DNA of 61,868 bases, filler included, from Choristocarpus tenellus KU-1152 (taxonomy: Eukaryota; Protista; Phaeophyceae): NCBI GenBank assembly GCA_964200185.2. It is 12 parts of 12 records of this genome, joined end to end, with 100 filler letters (N's around TTAATTAATTAA, not from the genome) between each part and the next. Parts side by side here need not be neighbours in the genome. Positions count along the whole stretch, not along the records: positions 5,675 to 16,375 come from CAXNAD020002772.1; positions 16,476 to 19,988 come from CAXNAD020019525.1; positions 20,089 to 23,781 come from CAXNAD020018478.1; positions 23,882 to 26,813 come from CAXNAD020023555.1; 8 more parts are not named here. The stretch is one strand, 5' to 3'. This document shows positions 13,916 through 26,813 of this stretch, in pieces. A model generated the notes under the pieces. It did not search any database, was not told the DNA's origin, and worked only from the letters and a program-made list of their open reading frames with translations. The position numbers were made by a program, and so were the translations under genes. Position 1 is the first letter of the stretch. Each line of letters begins with the position of its first letter.

Positions 13916-14720
13916 GACTGTTCCCAGGACTGAACTGGAAAAAGGGAGTGGGGTTGGGAGACTCAAAGCTCGTCTGGATCCACTAAACCTCTCAATTGTT
14001 ATTCTGGGTAATGCTAATCAACCCAATATAACAATGGCATCATTTAATAAATCCAGACAATATTTAAAACCTCACCCCACTCCCCTGTTCCCATTCCCTG
14101 ACCCATTCATCATTATCAGGATGCCAGCAGTTCACTTGTTCACTTCTGCGAGCAGTACCAGACTACAACTTGGAAGATCACCAGAAGTTCAGTCCCGAGG
14201 GTAACAGGGTTCTTATGCATAGTTTAGTCACACCAGCATCCGGTACGGACAAGTCAATACTGAACCTCCAGCAAATCCATATGAAGCACGACACCATGTT
14301 CAGAGTTGCAGATACCATCCATCTTCTAATTGTCAATTTGACATTTGCCCAAGACAATGTTGCCTTCTTCCTCAACATGAAGGTGCCACAGTTATCGAAT
14401 CTGTCCACCAACTGAAAGGGATGCAAAAGCAAAACTCCTGTTGGCTCAGACCACACAAATATCTCGCAACGTCAGAATGAGGTGCTTGAAAAAGGCAATC
14501 GCCTGGATCTATCTACCACAATCCCTTCAGGGTATGGTGACCTTGCCACCTCACCCCCCTCCCCCCCACCCTTCTGAACATTTTACGGGTGTCCACAGGC
14601 TACAAGTCAATGAGAACATAGAAGACAGAGATGCAGGTCGACTTAATCTCCACGTAAGAAAGTACTTCCCACATCATTGCAGGTACAAAGGTGTGAGTAT
14701 CATATTGTTACCTTTGAATG
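13380..14720. repeat. Diverged long inverted repeat (arms about 13380-13915 and 14145-14720)
   Basis: Collinear matches between the left arm and the reverse complement of the right arm: agattc(a/g)ataactg, aaggcaac(g/a)ttgtc, tatctgcaact, ggtgtg(g/a)ctaaac, aacttctgg, ctggtactgctc. The peptides MRCMKKAITW and MRCLKKAIAW also match. Confidence 0.75.
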
Positions 14721-16600
14721 AATATCCTACAAGGAAGAAATTTCTGACGGACTTGAGAAAATATTTTCTAACAAATTCTGATTCTTAAGACAGTTGACAA
14801 AAGGTTAGCTCCATCACAATGGCTCCAACTGATATGTACGGTCCATGTAAAAGGAATAGGAATTTCTTTACTGGAAGGTAATCGGGCACATTCTCAACTG
14901 ATGGATTTGTAACCACTGCCGATAGATGCCAAGTGATGTATACCTGTAGCTATCATTTGCGAGCGATACATATCAGATGAAACGGGATTTTATACTGAGA
15001 ACTATCAAGCAGTACTTGATTAATTGGTTGATTAACACATATGTGTTTGTCATATCACGGGCATCACTTGAACCTGCAAGAACACCTACACAACTTCCTG
15101 TACCTGAACAATATATACAGTCGCGTAAGTATAAGCAAGTAATGATCACTGGACATATTTCTCATCGATTAGGTGACTACAATGTTAAACTCAGATACAA
15201 CGTGCATTGTGTAGGTATATTGACTGAAACCATCTTGCAGCTAGCACTACAAAATAGATATACACAACAAAAAAGGGATGACAAGGTTTATTGATGTATA
15301 TGCTTGCCATCAACTGCAAGTGATTCCATGAGATTAAACAGGTGGTACCATAGTAGAATGAAGTAGTGCGTCACACACCCTGTCTTTCGAGGAAGAGTGA
15401 ACCGACAAAACATCCACTACTATAACCTCAAACTGCACACAGATACTAATTTACATGTAACTGTGGGTAGAAAGAAGAGTGTAAGAAAAAGTCAAACAGA
15501 AAGACTCTAGTAAGCAGAAAAAGATCCAATGGTACAAGGGTCAAAGCAACCTCAGCAAAGCATCAGTCCCATGGAATAGAGACTAATATCAGAGATAATA
15601 TATACACCTTCATCCTCTGCAGCCATCTTCCTGCATCTGCAACCAAGAAATCTAGCCTAGCAAACCAATTGCGAGAACTTAATGGGCCGACTCAATATCA
15701 TGATAAAAGGGATAGTTTCAATAAATATTTCCACTCTCAACACATAATAAAATACTTCACTCACATAATGGTTTTAGTACCAATACTGCACTGTACACAG
15801 AAAATACCTCTAAAATTCCTCCCAGTAAAGAAAAATAGAAGTACCCTGCCCTCGTCAACACCACAATGCAGGAGAATACACAATTTTATCCTAGAACACA
15901 CACAATATTTATCATGTAACAATTCAGAACAGTCAATTTCCTAGTGATAAAATTAGCATACACCATATGCACAGCAATCAACAAATCACTAAAAAAAGGT
16001 TTAATCCCCTGTCCTTGTCAACACTTACAAGGGTTTGCACCCTCAATTCTCCAATTTCAAACTCTGAAATAAAAGTCAGCACACAATAGAGCTGACTTAA
16101 CCCATTCTATTCACACCATCCGATGCTATAGTGCACCCTCACGTGAATGTAGCACAATGGAACTGAATGTATCTTTCTACAAAAATCACAGCTTTTCTTC
16201 TCCAATCATTGTATGACATGCACACTAAATCTACAATACAAAGATTTCTTACACCTCGCCAAAACCTTCAAGTATAAATAGTAATTATTCACATGCAGCT
16301 GAACTTCAACTGAAGCACACTTGACACAATCTACTTGTCACTCATCAAATACCGGGGTCAACGTATCTGGGGGGGNNNNNNNNNNNNNNNNNNNNNNNNN
16401 NNNNNNNNNNNNNNNNNNNTTAATTAATTAANNNNNNNNNNNNNNNNNNNNNNNNNNNNNNNNNNNNNNNNNNNNAAATAAAAACAAAACAAACAAAAGC
16501 AACAAAGACACTTCACCCCCGACCACCCCCTCCCCCCCCCCCCCCCCCCCTCAAATCATAAGCCAGTTCTTTCCTCACTCGACCTTGGTGGTATCCTCAC

Positions 16601-19600
16601 CTGCAGTGCTTGCTGGAAGTGTTCTGCCCTCTTTGACCCATCAACCTTCCCCTGTCCCCCTTCCCCTGCATCTCTTTGCGGAAGCCAGTGCTGTTTCCCC
16701 CTTGCCATCCTATCTACCAGAGATCGAATGGCTTTCTGTTGGTCTTCCGTGAGGTGTGGGAGGATGTGGTCCCTCAAACACTTGGAGTGGAAGGCGTGAC
16801 TGCACGGAAAAATGTAGAACTGTGTACATCAACCAGACCGTTGGGTGAGGTAGAGGGCACAAGAATCAAGAAAGGACAAATGTATGTAATTTTTTAGATG
16901 TTCCACCGGAGGCAGACGGAGAGAGGAAGGGAGTCGGGCATTGTTGGACAACATGAGGTCAGGCAAACAAGGGGTGCAACAGGGGAAGACAGGGAGGGAG
17001 AAAACTTGAGGAGTGGTGGGGGTTGAATGTAAGTTATGGAGGGCCAGGGTGGGGAACGGGATATTTGGCATTGGAGAAAAACTTGTGCTCTTCTTGAAAC
17101 CTTTAAGACAGCGTCGCAAGATCACCTTCGCCGTTCCCCTGTAGTCTATTTTCGTAGGGTAGATTCCACATCATAATCCCCTGGCCCCTCCAAAATAAGG
17201 ACGCTTACATGCTAGACAAAAATAAACAGAAATATATATATATATACATATAAATATGTGTATTTTACAATGCAGGTCTCTCCCCTTTCTCCTCTCGTCT
17301 CCCCGCAGACGACTCTCCTGCACATTGAGTGGCCCTGTCTTTCGAGGAAAATTTCCACACATGCTGTGAAAAAAAAGAAGCATTGAGAGTGTCCACGGGT
17401 GCTACAAACAAACACCACGAACTAGCTCAAAATGAAGTCACCACAGTGGACATCATCGTATTTGAGTGGATCCTCACAACTGAATCGGTCATGCACTCGC
17501 AGCTATTGCTCCGAGGTAAAGTCACCTGTTAGCAAACTATGCTACATGTATGCGCTTATAAGGTCTGGCTTGATCTAGTCCCAGCCCCACCCGGCCAATC
17601 CCCCACACACCAGGAAAGGAGAAGAGACTCTGTGGTTAACAGGCCGACGACAGGCTGTTGTTCTACTGCAAATGACACCTCCATGATCCATCCACCGACA
17701 CCACCCTTGAAACAATAACGCACAACTCATCAGGAGCTAGGGTTAGGGTTAGGGTTAGGGTACTTCGAAGCGGTACACTCCACTACTACCATACTTATTA
17801 CACAGAAATTTCACATCAACATACCTTAACAAAAAATAAAATAGCTTGAAGCAGTAACTTACCCTTCAACCCCACCCACCCATGCTACCTATCTAACCAA
17901 AGATAACATACCTCCGAGGTGAGAATGCTCCGGTGACAAAGCTGACACGTCTGATTTGAGGACACGTATAAGCTCCTCTGCTTCAGATCGGTTATTTCCG
18001 TCTTTTGTACAGGATCCATCGTGACATCATTTTTTCATCCAATCGCATGGACGAACAACCAACCAATCAATGAATAAAACAAATCAATCAGGGTAATGTA
18101 CGAGGGATTGAGCATTAGGTGTGAAAATGGATACAAAAAAAAAGGGGGGGGGGGGCAGGAGGGGAGGGGAGAGAGGGGGAGAAGTAAGGCAGAAAGAACT
18201 AGGTATAATATTAATACCAGAAGGGAATAATAAAGTAGAAAGAATAGGAAGAATATTGATACCAGAAAGGAATAAAAAAAAAGAATTTGAAAAGGGAGGG
18301 GAAGAGCGGAGTGAGACTTTGGGCAATGTGGGAAGGGAATATCATCGTACGAGGCAAGCACAAATACTGCATCCAACTCTTGGGAAAAAAAGAATTCAGT
18401 TCCGAATTTTGACACGCAGTCCACTCTTCCTTGAGGTGTCCGAAGACATACATACACAAATTAAAAATGGAAAAAACATGTGGTTAAAAAAGCCTTGAGA
18501 CTTGTCTGATTCCTCACCACAAGAGATAAGCACAGCAGCTCTTATTAAACTCATGGAAGGAAAAAACCCTAAAGTGTAATACTGCTGCTGATCAGATAAT
18601 CCTTCCTCCCCCCTCCCCCCCCCCTAGTCCCTAGGCTCCATTCCCAGAGTTCCCAACTACTTGTTCCACTCCTCTGCTGTTTGCACTAAATACTATGGCA
18701 ACACCCCTAGCAGAGTCAGTGTTGCACCTGCACTGCCTCTGCACTGTCAGTATAGTCTTCCATCTCCTTCCTCAAAGATTCAATTTTTCCATTGTACTCC
18801 TGGCAGATACGCGGGGGTGAGAGGGGGGAGAAGAAAATTCAACTTGACTCATGGGCTTGTTGGGGATACGGGTAGGGTAGGGTAGGACGGGTTCAACATG
18901 TATCGGGTAGACAAGAGCAGGAGGGTACACTGAGCAACTTGTCCCTTGTTTCTTCAAGCACCAGTTCTCGGAGAGGGCCGTGTCCCTGGTGTCTGTTGTG
19001 TCTGTTGCGAAGATCTTTCATTCTCCAAAGGGACAAAGGAGATAACGCCATCCTCCACACACCTTGAACAACGCTACGCTACATGCTAACAACACCCTAA
19101 GAACATTCGATGTAGGGTCAGGGTCAGGGTTAGGGTTAGGGTTAGTAGTGCCTGCTATTTGTTACAGTTTCAGGACTGTTTCGCCCAGAACAACATTTTG
19201 GAGGCCATTCTGCCCCGTAGTTCCTGTTGCCACCCGGAAGAAGGATTGGTTCCCTTTCAGTTAACCGTCCCCCTTTCATGCATTAGCTTGACCTTCCTTA
19301 AGAGGAAGGAAGTGACAGCGAGGAAACGCGAGAAAATTCACAGAAAATTCAGAGAAGAAACAAATAAAAAAAGATGAAAAATAAAAGATATCCATTGTAC
19401 TCGCTTGCAACGCGTACAGCCGCTCCCCGCGGGTCAAATGTACAAGAGCCCACTAGCGCTGTAACCTCCATCACCCGGACATTGCTTCATCGTGTGCAAA
19501 CAAAAGGGCACGTAATTGTCTTACGTCAGGGCTACCATATGCCCTCGAGGTGTAATCCTCTGCCTATGCAAGTTATTACAACACAGGGAAGTCACTCTCT

Positions 19601-19608
19601 TTATTGAT

Positions 19609-19654
<46 letters not shown>

Positions 19655-19842
19655 GGAGAGAAGACATGCTGTCTGTCCAGTTGACTAGTACACTTCTTGT
19701 GTGTCCCAGGCCCCAGCCCCAGTGGCAGGGGAGTAGTAACTCCCACCTCAAGTGATGCGCAGATCTCTCTCTTGAAGGAGTCAATCACCACAAAATCGGG
19801 GAAGAAAGGCAGGATATCTTCTATCTGAAGTAAGTCACACTC
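16601..19842 (-). CDS. VPS18: Vacuolar protein sorting 18 (Pep3/VPS18, HOPS/CORVET core), C-terminal fragment with RING-H2
   Basis: Phase-0 exons 19842-19747, 18799-18728, 18001-17912 and 16819-16601. The product is ECDLLQIEDILPFFPDFVVIDSFKREICASLE|EYNGKIESLRKEMEDYTDSAEAVQ|TEITDLKQRSLYVSSNQTCQLCHRSILTSE|FYIFPCSHAFHSKCLRDHILPHL. It contains the hallmark IEDILPFFPDF motif, a coiled coil and the RING-H2. Confidence 0.95.
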
Positions 19843-21044
19843 CTGCAACACACAATGGGACAAGTTCAACCCACCACATTTGCCCGGCAGATGGGGGGGG
19901 GGGGGGGGGGGGGAGAGAGGGGGGGGGGGGTTGGGAAGGAGGGGGGGGGGAAACTGACCCACAAAGGGGGGGAAAAAGGAGAACGGGANNNNNNNNNNNN
20001 NNNNNNNNNNNNNNNNNNNNNNNNNNNNNNNNTTAATTAATTAANNNNNNNNNNNNNNNNNNNNNNNNNNNNNNNNNNNNNNNNNNNNCAGCCGCCCCCC
20101 CCCCCCCCCCTCCAGATACTTCAAGCCTTCTAGACCACATCAGTGAAAAAAAAACATTCTACCTTTAACCCCCTCAAAACCTCCCTCAACAAGGCACAGC
20201 CCTCCTTCTGGTAGTTTTCCCAACCTACACTCTGCACCAGCGAAGTAAGAAGCCGAACCAGAGTGACCTTAACCTCAAAATGGAACGGGCGGCATGGGTT
20301 TATGCTCATAGCCTTGTGAAGCCCCTCTGTACCTGTTCCAGGTGGCGCATGTGCTATATTTTCAATGTCGATGTGTGTGTTTCATGTTGAACATCAATCA
20401 ATGTGTGTGTTTACATTAAACATCAATGAATTCATTGTTTTGTCAGATGTGAGGGTCGGTGCATGTTTTGAAGTCGTCAAATACATAAAAAAAAAAGGGG
20501 CATAATCAGATTTTCATTTTTTAAACCGTAAAATTCACCTCACAACTGTGAGCAACATCGGTTTGAGTGGTGGTACAATTCAACAAGGTAGGAAAGGAAA
20601 CGCACCGGGGGAGTCATCAATCACAATCCAAAAACCTTACACCATCAAATCTTCTCAGTGCTTGCAAGCCTAAAGAAAAAATACCATGATTTTGAAAATG
20701 CAAAAAGTTTTAATATTAAAAAAAAAATCCTGAGTAAGATACAATGCCTCATCTCATAGCAGAACCAAAGTGTCGTAATAAAAAGGGCGGTGGGGGGGGG
20801 GGGATTTTGATCATTTTGATCGCAGGGGTTTTTACAAGATGTTGTGTCTGACACCTCACTTCCATTACACAAACGCAGATAATCCCCATCAGGAGACTGT
20901 ACATGGATGTTGAACATGTGTTCAGATATAGGAAATAGTATTTTCCAGAATAAGCAGTCCCACACATAGCGTCAAGGCAAGTCACATTGACCCCTTACAA
21001 CATCACCCCTCTCTAGGATACTTTGACTCATAACCAACCCCCAA

Positions 21045-21196
21045 GAACAAACACATACATACATATATACATACACATATCACATACAAACATACATACA
21101 TACATATATACAAACATACATACAAACAAACATATATACATACATACACACATACAAACATACATACATACACACATACAAACATACATACATACA
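21045..21196 (+). repeat. (ACAT)n-type degenerate microsatellite, intronic
   Basis: Direct reading. Confidence 0.9.
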
Positions 21197-21203
21197 ATCT
21201 CAC

Positions 21204-23436
21204 CATCCACGTGCCAGTGATGAGGAGCTAGAGTCCAAGTATTTCCCTATCAACTCTTGTAATTGTTCAAACTCTCTCAGGTCATCAGCCATTCCCGGAC
21301 CATAATTCTTCAGGCTCTGGAGCAGCAAACAAGCAACCAGGGGGGAGAGGGAGAGAATATTATTATTATTATATTCCTAAACGTACAAGAGTTTTCTTTT
21401 TATAAAATAAAATATAGAAAAATAAGCAGAATACTTTTTTTTTAAAAAGAAAAAAAAAAAAAAAAATGCCTAGTTTCCTGTACCTAACAAAATGATCTCA
21501 GCGACAGATTTGGATGGGGTTTTTTTCTTTTCACCAACATTGAAATCTCTCATTTCTTTCATGAAAAGGCACCGGCGTCTTTCTTGACGAGCTCTCTCCC
21601 AATCTCAGGTCAAGACTGATTTACGTTCTCAAAAATTGTTTACCCGACAAAAAAAAACAACACACACACACACACACACAAACGGCGAAGCACTTAAAAA
21701 AAAATATCAGAACTTCAGGAAAAAAAATAAAATTGCAAGAAAGGCATCGACGGATCTTTCTCTCCATCTTTCCAACCCCATTTACTCTTTGGTCCAAAAG
21801 AGCATAAACAACACCAATCCTCAGAGCAACTCATTGTGCGTTGGGTAGTATATTACAACTAATTGCACAGCATGGACCATACCATCCAGGGTATATACCT
21901 CACCAATATTCACAGTGCTTCCATTACACCTGACATGATAAGTGTAAGTATAGCATCTCTCTCTCTCTCTTTGTCCGTCTCTCTCAAGTATTAAAAAAAA
22001 TAAAGGATAAAAAATAGATATATAAAGAAATGTTCAACTTGCAAATAAATTCCAGGTGTCCACAATCAATGCTTCCTATCTGCTGCAAATATCCTCTTCT
22101 GGTCAGGGAGGGGATAAAAATCAACCCTCCCTCCACCCCACCCCACCCCCCAGCTAATCCATTGTTTTCAACAACACAAAAAGATGGTGCTACGAATCAC
22201 GGAGTTGTTTGTTGAAAAGAAAAAAGCTCTTGTCCTAGGGTATGTGCAATGGTACAGTTACTTTCCACTACAATACAACACAGTTCTCCAAATATATATT
22301 ACATCAGTAACAGATCCAAATGGCATCCAAAGGTACACCCTATATCGTTCAATGATACTGGAAGAAAAGGGAAAGAGAGAAAATGCACATCCTAAAAGAG
22401 AGTAGGTAGTGCCATCCATACATCATACATGCACCAAACACACACAAAACAATGATAGTAAAAACAAAAAAGTGCAGAAAAATGTTAATAAAAATATAAA
22501 CTACACAATAATGCCAAAATAAAAATAAAAATAACAAGTATAGAACAAAAGAAATAAAATATATACAATAATGTTAATAACTTAAACAGCAAGCATAGAA
22601 AACAGCACACACAAACAAAAATTCCTCCTCCTGACCAGAGCTCCCCCCCCCCCCTCACCTCATCAAAGTGTGAAACTGCAGCCTTATACAGCAAGGTGTC
22701 CAGATAGGTGTTCTGCTCAATTTTTTTCTGAACCTAATATATTGGTACACATCACACACACAAGAGAGACAGACCAATCAAACCTCACAGTACACACAAC
22801 CGATCACAACATATAGTCGGGGCAAGGGCAGCCCCCATCACCAAACTAAGAACAAATAAAAACAGGGGGTACATGCATCAATGTTGTGAAGCATTGACCC
22901 CATGCCGGGTGCAAAAACACTAAATACAAACACACCCCAACAATCACACACAACTCAGTACGCAATGAATGTGCCATCAGAATAACTCCTACATTACCAC
23001 TATCACAGAAACAGATACCAAGCAATGTATCACAACAATATAAGCGGGGCATGCATACATACATACATACATACATACATACACAGCAAGCACATCACAA
23101 AAGAAACAAACATGCACCAATATCGCAAAAAGTCTATCCATTGCCTCAACACAAAAAGCATCTACACATAAATATAACTATAAATATAACTATAACTATA
23201 ACTATAACTGTAGATACGTTATCATTGCCCATTAACTATTACATAGCACCACCAGGGGACCTCACCTCAAGAGGGAGGTCATCAAACCTCGGCACATCGT
23301 TGAGAACCTTCCCATCATAGCGCACTGATCCCTTGTGGGTTTTCATGACAGTGCAGAACGTCACATCGATCATATCCCACCCCATTATTTTCCGCAAGAC
23401 CATGAGCCCTTCCGCATACCTCTCAGAGAGTATCAC
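21204..23436 (-). CDS. Galactose-3-O-sulfotransferase-like Golgi sulfotransferase, C-terminal fragment
   Basis: Exons 23436-23266, 22733-22659 and 21316-21204. The product is VILSERYAEGLMVLRKIMGWDMIDVTF...|VQKKIEQNTYLDTLLYKAAVSHFDE|SLKNYGPGMADDLREFEQLQELI. It resembles the Gal3ST C-terminal pattern (V.I.E.fdEsLvLL...l.W...Dv; N.lD..LY....F; yG...m..d...f). The PAPS-binding motifs are not in this contig. Confidence 0.7.
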
Positions 23437-23962
23437 CTACACACGCAGACGCACACACGCAGACGCACACACGCAGACGCACACACGCACGAGCACAGAC
23501 ACACATGTACACACACACAACACATACACCATGGAAGGCGCAAGAGACTCATTCATCCACGCAGTATCCGAAAACAGTAAATATTACATGCAGTACAAAA
23601 CAGTTAAAAAAAAAAACTCTTCTTGCTATAGGTCTACGTCTTGATTGGTCTCCCTCGTCGGTAACCGCCTTCACAACTTAACACACAACCCAAAAACCTA
23701 AGCACGCATGGCATACAGACAGCACAACAGGTGGGTACGACTCACAATTACTCAAGAGTTCAGGAGGGGAGAAGGGGGGGGNNNNNNNNNNNNNNNNNNN
23801 NNNNNNNNNNNNNNNNNNNNNNNNNTTAATTAATTAANNNNNNNNNNNNNNNNNNNNNNNNNNNNNNNNNNNNNNNNNNNNGGGGAGAGATTGTTCCTCA
23901 GGGATTTTACGTCTACGCCGCTTGCGTTATTCTAAATACCACATAACATTCTCCGAGTACCA

Positions 23963-24220
23963 GAGCCAAAGTATCTTAGAGGGTAGAGCCGCGTCCATTT
24001 GGGGGTCAAAATCCTATGTTTTGATTTCGATGAAATTTTGGCTATCGTGTTTGTTAGGAAGTGTCATTAACCTTGCTCTGGACATACCTTTTCAGAACGT
24101 ATAAATTTTACCTACTCCGAAACATTTTGAAGTAGGAAAATGTCATAAAAACCCCGAGGGAAGCCAAGCCCCAAATGGACAAACAGGGCAAAACTCGTAC
24201 CCTCTAAGATACTTTCACTC
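23963..24220 (+). mobile_element. MITE family A (258 bp), Sola2-like termini
   Basis: 23-bp TIRs gagccaaagtatcttagagggta ... taccctctaagatactttcactc. An exact 4-bp TSD, ACCA, sits at 23959-23962 and 24221-24224. Confidence 0.9.
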
Positions 24221-24403
24221 ACCACTGTTGCTATATGCATTTCATGCTCTTGTATAATAGTATTGTACAATTTTCATTAACTTGATCATTACTACCACCG
24301 TGCATTGTGTTGTGCAGTTAGTGAGTGGCACTTTGTTCAAAGTGAAAGTTTATGAAGTAAACTGAGTTTTGTGGGCGGAAGAATTCTGGTTGGNNNNNNN
24401 NNN

Positions 24404-24465
24404 GGAAGCCAAGCCCCAAATGGACAAACAGGGCAAAACTCGTACCCTCTAAGATACTTTCACTC
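24404..24465 (+). mobile_element. MITE family A, right end only (after 10-N gap)
   Basis: Identical to the right end of the copy at 23963-24220. Confidence 0.85.
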
Positions 24466-24479
24466 AATGTCAAGCCTTG

Positions 24480-26220
24480 TCATAACAGATTCCCACATCA
24501 AACGACCAACTGCCTCTCTCTGTACGGTGTATTTTCATCAACACTTGGATGATTCTCACTCTTGTCTAGAGCCCTTGAGAGATCATGGGGTACCGACATC
24601 TTCTTTGCCCCATCCATACCAAATCTTTGACAAACACTCTTAATGTACCTATAGTCTGACTGATGGTGACAGTCTGTGCATTTCTGTCACGTGAAATCTC
24701 TCAACCCATATAATACTCAAGATCACCAAAGTCTTCTATGGAAAACTGCTCTTTGATCCTAGAGCGAACCCAAATCAAAACAACAATTTTACGAGCTACC
24801 AGTAGATCATCTACGTGGGGGGTTATCACAGCACAAAAAACGCCATCTCTAATATTGCGCAACACACTAGGGTCTGCTTTGCATTGCTCAAAACCACACT
24901 TTTCCAAAACGTGCACCAACAGATTATTGAACTCTCTGCTTGCTTGTTTGGTGCCATAACGTGCCTTAATCAAACGCACAATCTTTCCAGACCATATACC
25001 ACATCCATCACATAAACGCATAAAAATCTCTTCACTAATATCAGCTTGTATGAATGCTTGTTTTACATCCCAATGTTTCAATTCCCAATCCTTGTCTGCA
25101 GCTAAAGCTAAAACCATTTTCAAAGATGCAGGGGACGGTGTTGGTGCAAAGGTATCTTGGTAGTCTAAACCCTCAATATGTCGAAAACCTTTTGCACTAA
25201 ACGTGCCTTGTATCTAACTACCTCACCAAATTTGTTAGTCTTACGCCTGTGAATCCATTTAGTGTCTATTGCCCTGCGTCCAGGGGGTATTACGGCCTCG
25301 ACCCAAACATTATTCAACAACAAACCAAACATCTCTTCTGCTCTAGCTCGATCCCATAAATCACATTCGGGAGAGCTACGTGCTGCTCTTACAGTCTTGA
25401 GTTCTGGAGGGAAAATGGACCCCAAATGGACACCCCCCCCCCCCTCCCAGATACTTTGACCCGAGCTCATCCGCTTAAACTCGAATAGAATCATCACTCG
25501 CACACATCACAAGGGTAGTCTCTATGGAAACAGACAAAGAAGTCATAAACAATTGGAAATGTCAAAAACAGCAGCTTTGGCGGAAGTAGGATGATTGCCT
25601 GATCTGGTGCGGAGGGGAAGGATGTTGTCTTCACCATTGCCAATGCTGAGTCGTCGTAATTCCCTTTCACATTGGCTGTCCTTGGCCTCATCCACCCCAC
25701 TATCATCACCATCATTGCTATCCTCAGTCTCCTTCACCTCGTTGTCACTATCAATGTTGTCCTCATTCTCCTCCACAAGTTCATCACTATCCCAGGTGTC
25801 ATCAGATTGGTTGTTGGCATTAATGGTGCCCCCCTCATGACCTCAAACACAGCTGATGGAGGTAATGAGGGGGATACCATTAATGCCCAACCGACTGATT
25901 CCCACATCTACATTTGTAGACAGGGGCATCCCTGGTGACTCGCTAGAGCAGGAAGGGATAGGGGAGAAGAGGCTGAGGGAAGACCTTGCCTGTAATACGG
26001 GCCTGAATCGGTCCAGCGTGTTGGCAGAAGACCACGAGGAAAAAGGTGAGTAAATGGAATTATTCTGTGTAGAATATTTTCTCTTCAAGTGTGGTGGTGA
26101 CGTTTGATATCCAGACGTACATGGACCGCCAACTTGTCCACCTATGCCAAGAAGATTGTCAATGAGGCGATGGAGGGGACTCCGCATAACCAAGGTTTGG
26201 TGGCAGCAGACATGCAAACC
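24480..26220 (-). mobile_element. Ty1/Copia LTR retrotransposon pol remnant (RT and upstream acidic linker), frameshifted
   Basis: PPGRRAIDTKWIHRRKTNKFGEVVRYKARLV/(fs)AKGF..GLDYQDTFAPTP..LKMVLALAA...DVKQAFIQA...YGTKQASREFN...HVDDLLV...DLEYYMG, which are canonical Copia RT motifs. Confidence 0.92.
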
Positions 26221-26310
26221 TTAAATATGAAGATGAGCACTTCTCACCCAGAATTCAATAACCCGTCTGATCTGATAGTACTCACAGAAACTCCCTTGTT
26301 AAGTGCCCTT

Positions 26311-26813
26311 TGTTAAAGTATCCCCAAAATCATCAAAGAGGGTAAAGGTTATAAACCCAGCGAGATTGCTTGGTGTCTGTAGAGTGATTCATTAAATTTA
26401 GGTGGGGCATGCAAGTCCCCATAATATCAGAAATATTTTCTTTTATATGAAAAAGATTCCCCTTCAAATAATCACTAGTAAAGGTTCTGATAACTCAACC
26501 ACTAATTGATTGTTCCGTTACTCTGTAACTGTCCACGTAAGTGTCCGATAGAGTTGAAAGAATCTAATTGAACACTCTCCCTAGAAGCTTAAACAACTCT
26601 TGAGAACTTACAAGAAAACAATTATGGATCCAAGGAGACTCCTCAGGTCAATCCTGTATGTCAAGGAAAAAACCAGCTATTGAATTCACTGAAAATAAAT
26701 AAATCCAAACACACTCAAATTTAGTAAGAAACAAACCACTAAAGAATCTAAATTTAGCAAAGCCCCCGCATGCCTCCAAAAAGATATTTCTGCTAAAGGC
26801 TTGGTCAAGATAT
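26311..26813 (-). mobile_element. 3' end of a second Copia element: RNase H tail, PPT and 3' LTR (26574-26311)
   Basis: The minus strand at 26813-26750 reads ILTKPLAEISFWRHAGALLNL (Copia RNase H C-terminus). A purine tract agggagag directly precedes TGTTC, and the LTR ends in AACA at 26311. The same LTR end recurs at 31644-31714. Confidence 0.75.

Noticed and set aside
17738-17760. True telomere
   Set aside because: Only about four units, internal to a VPS18 intron.
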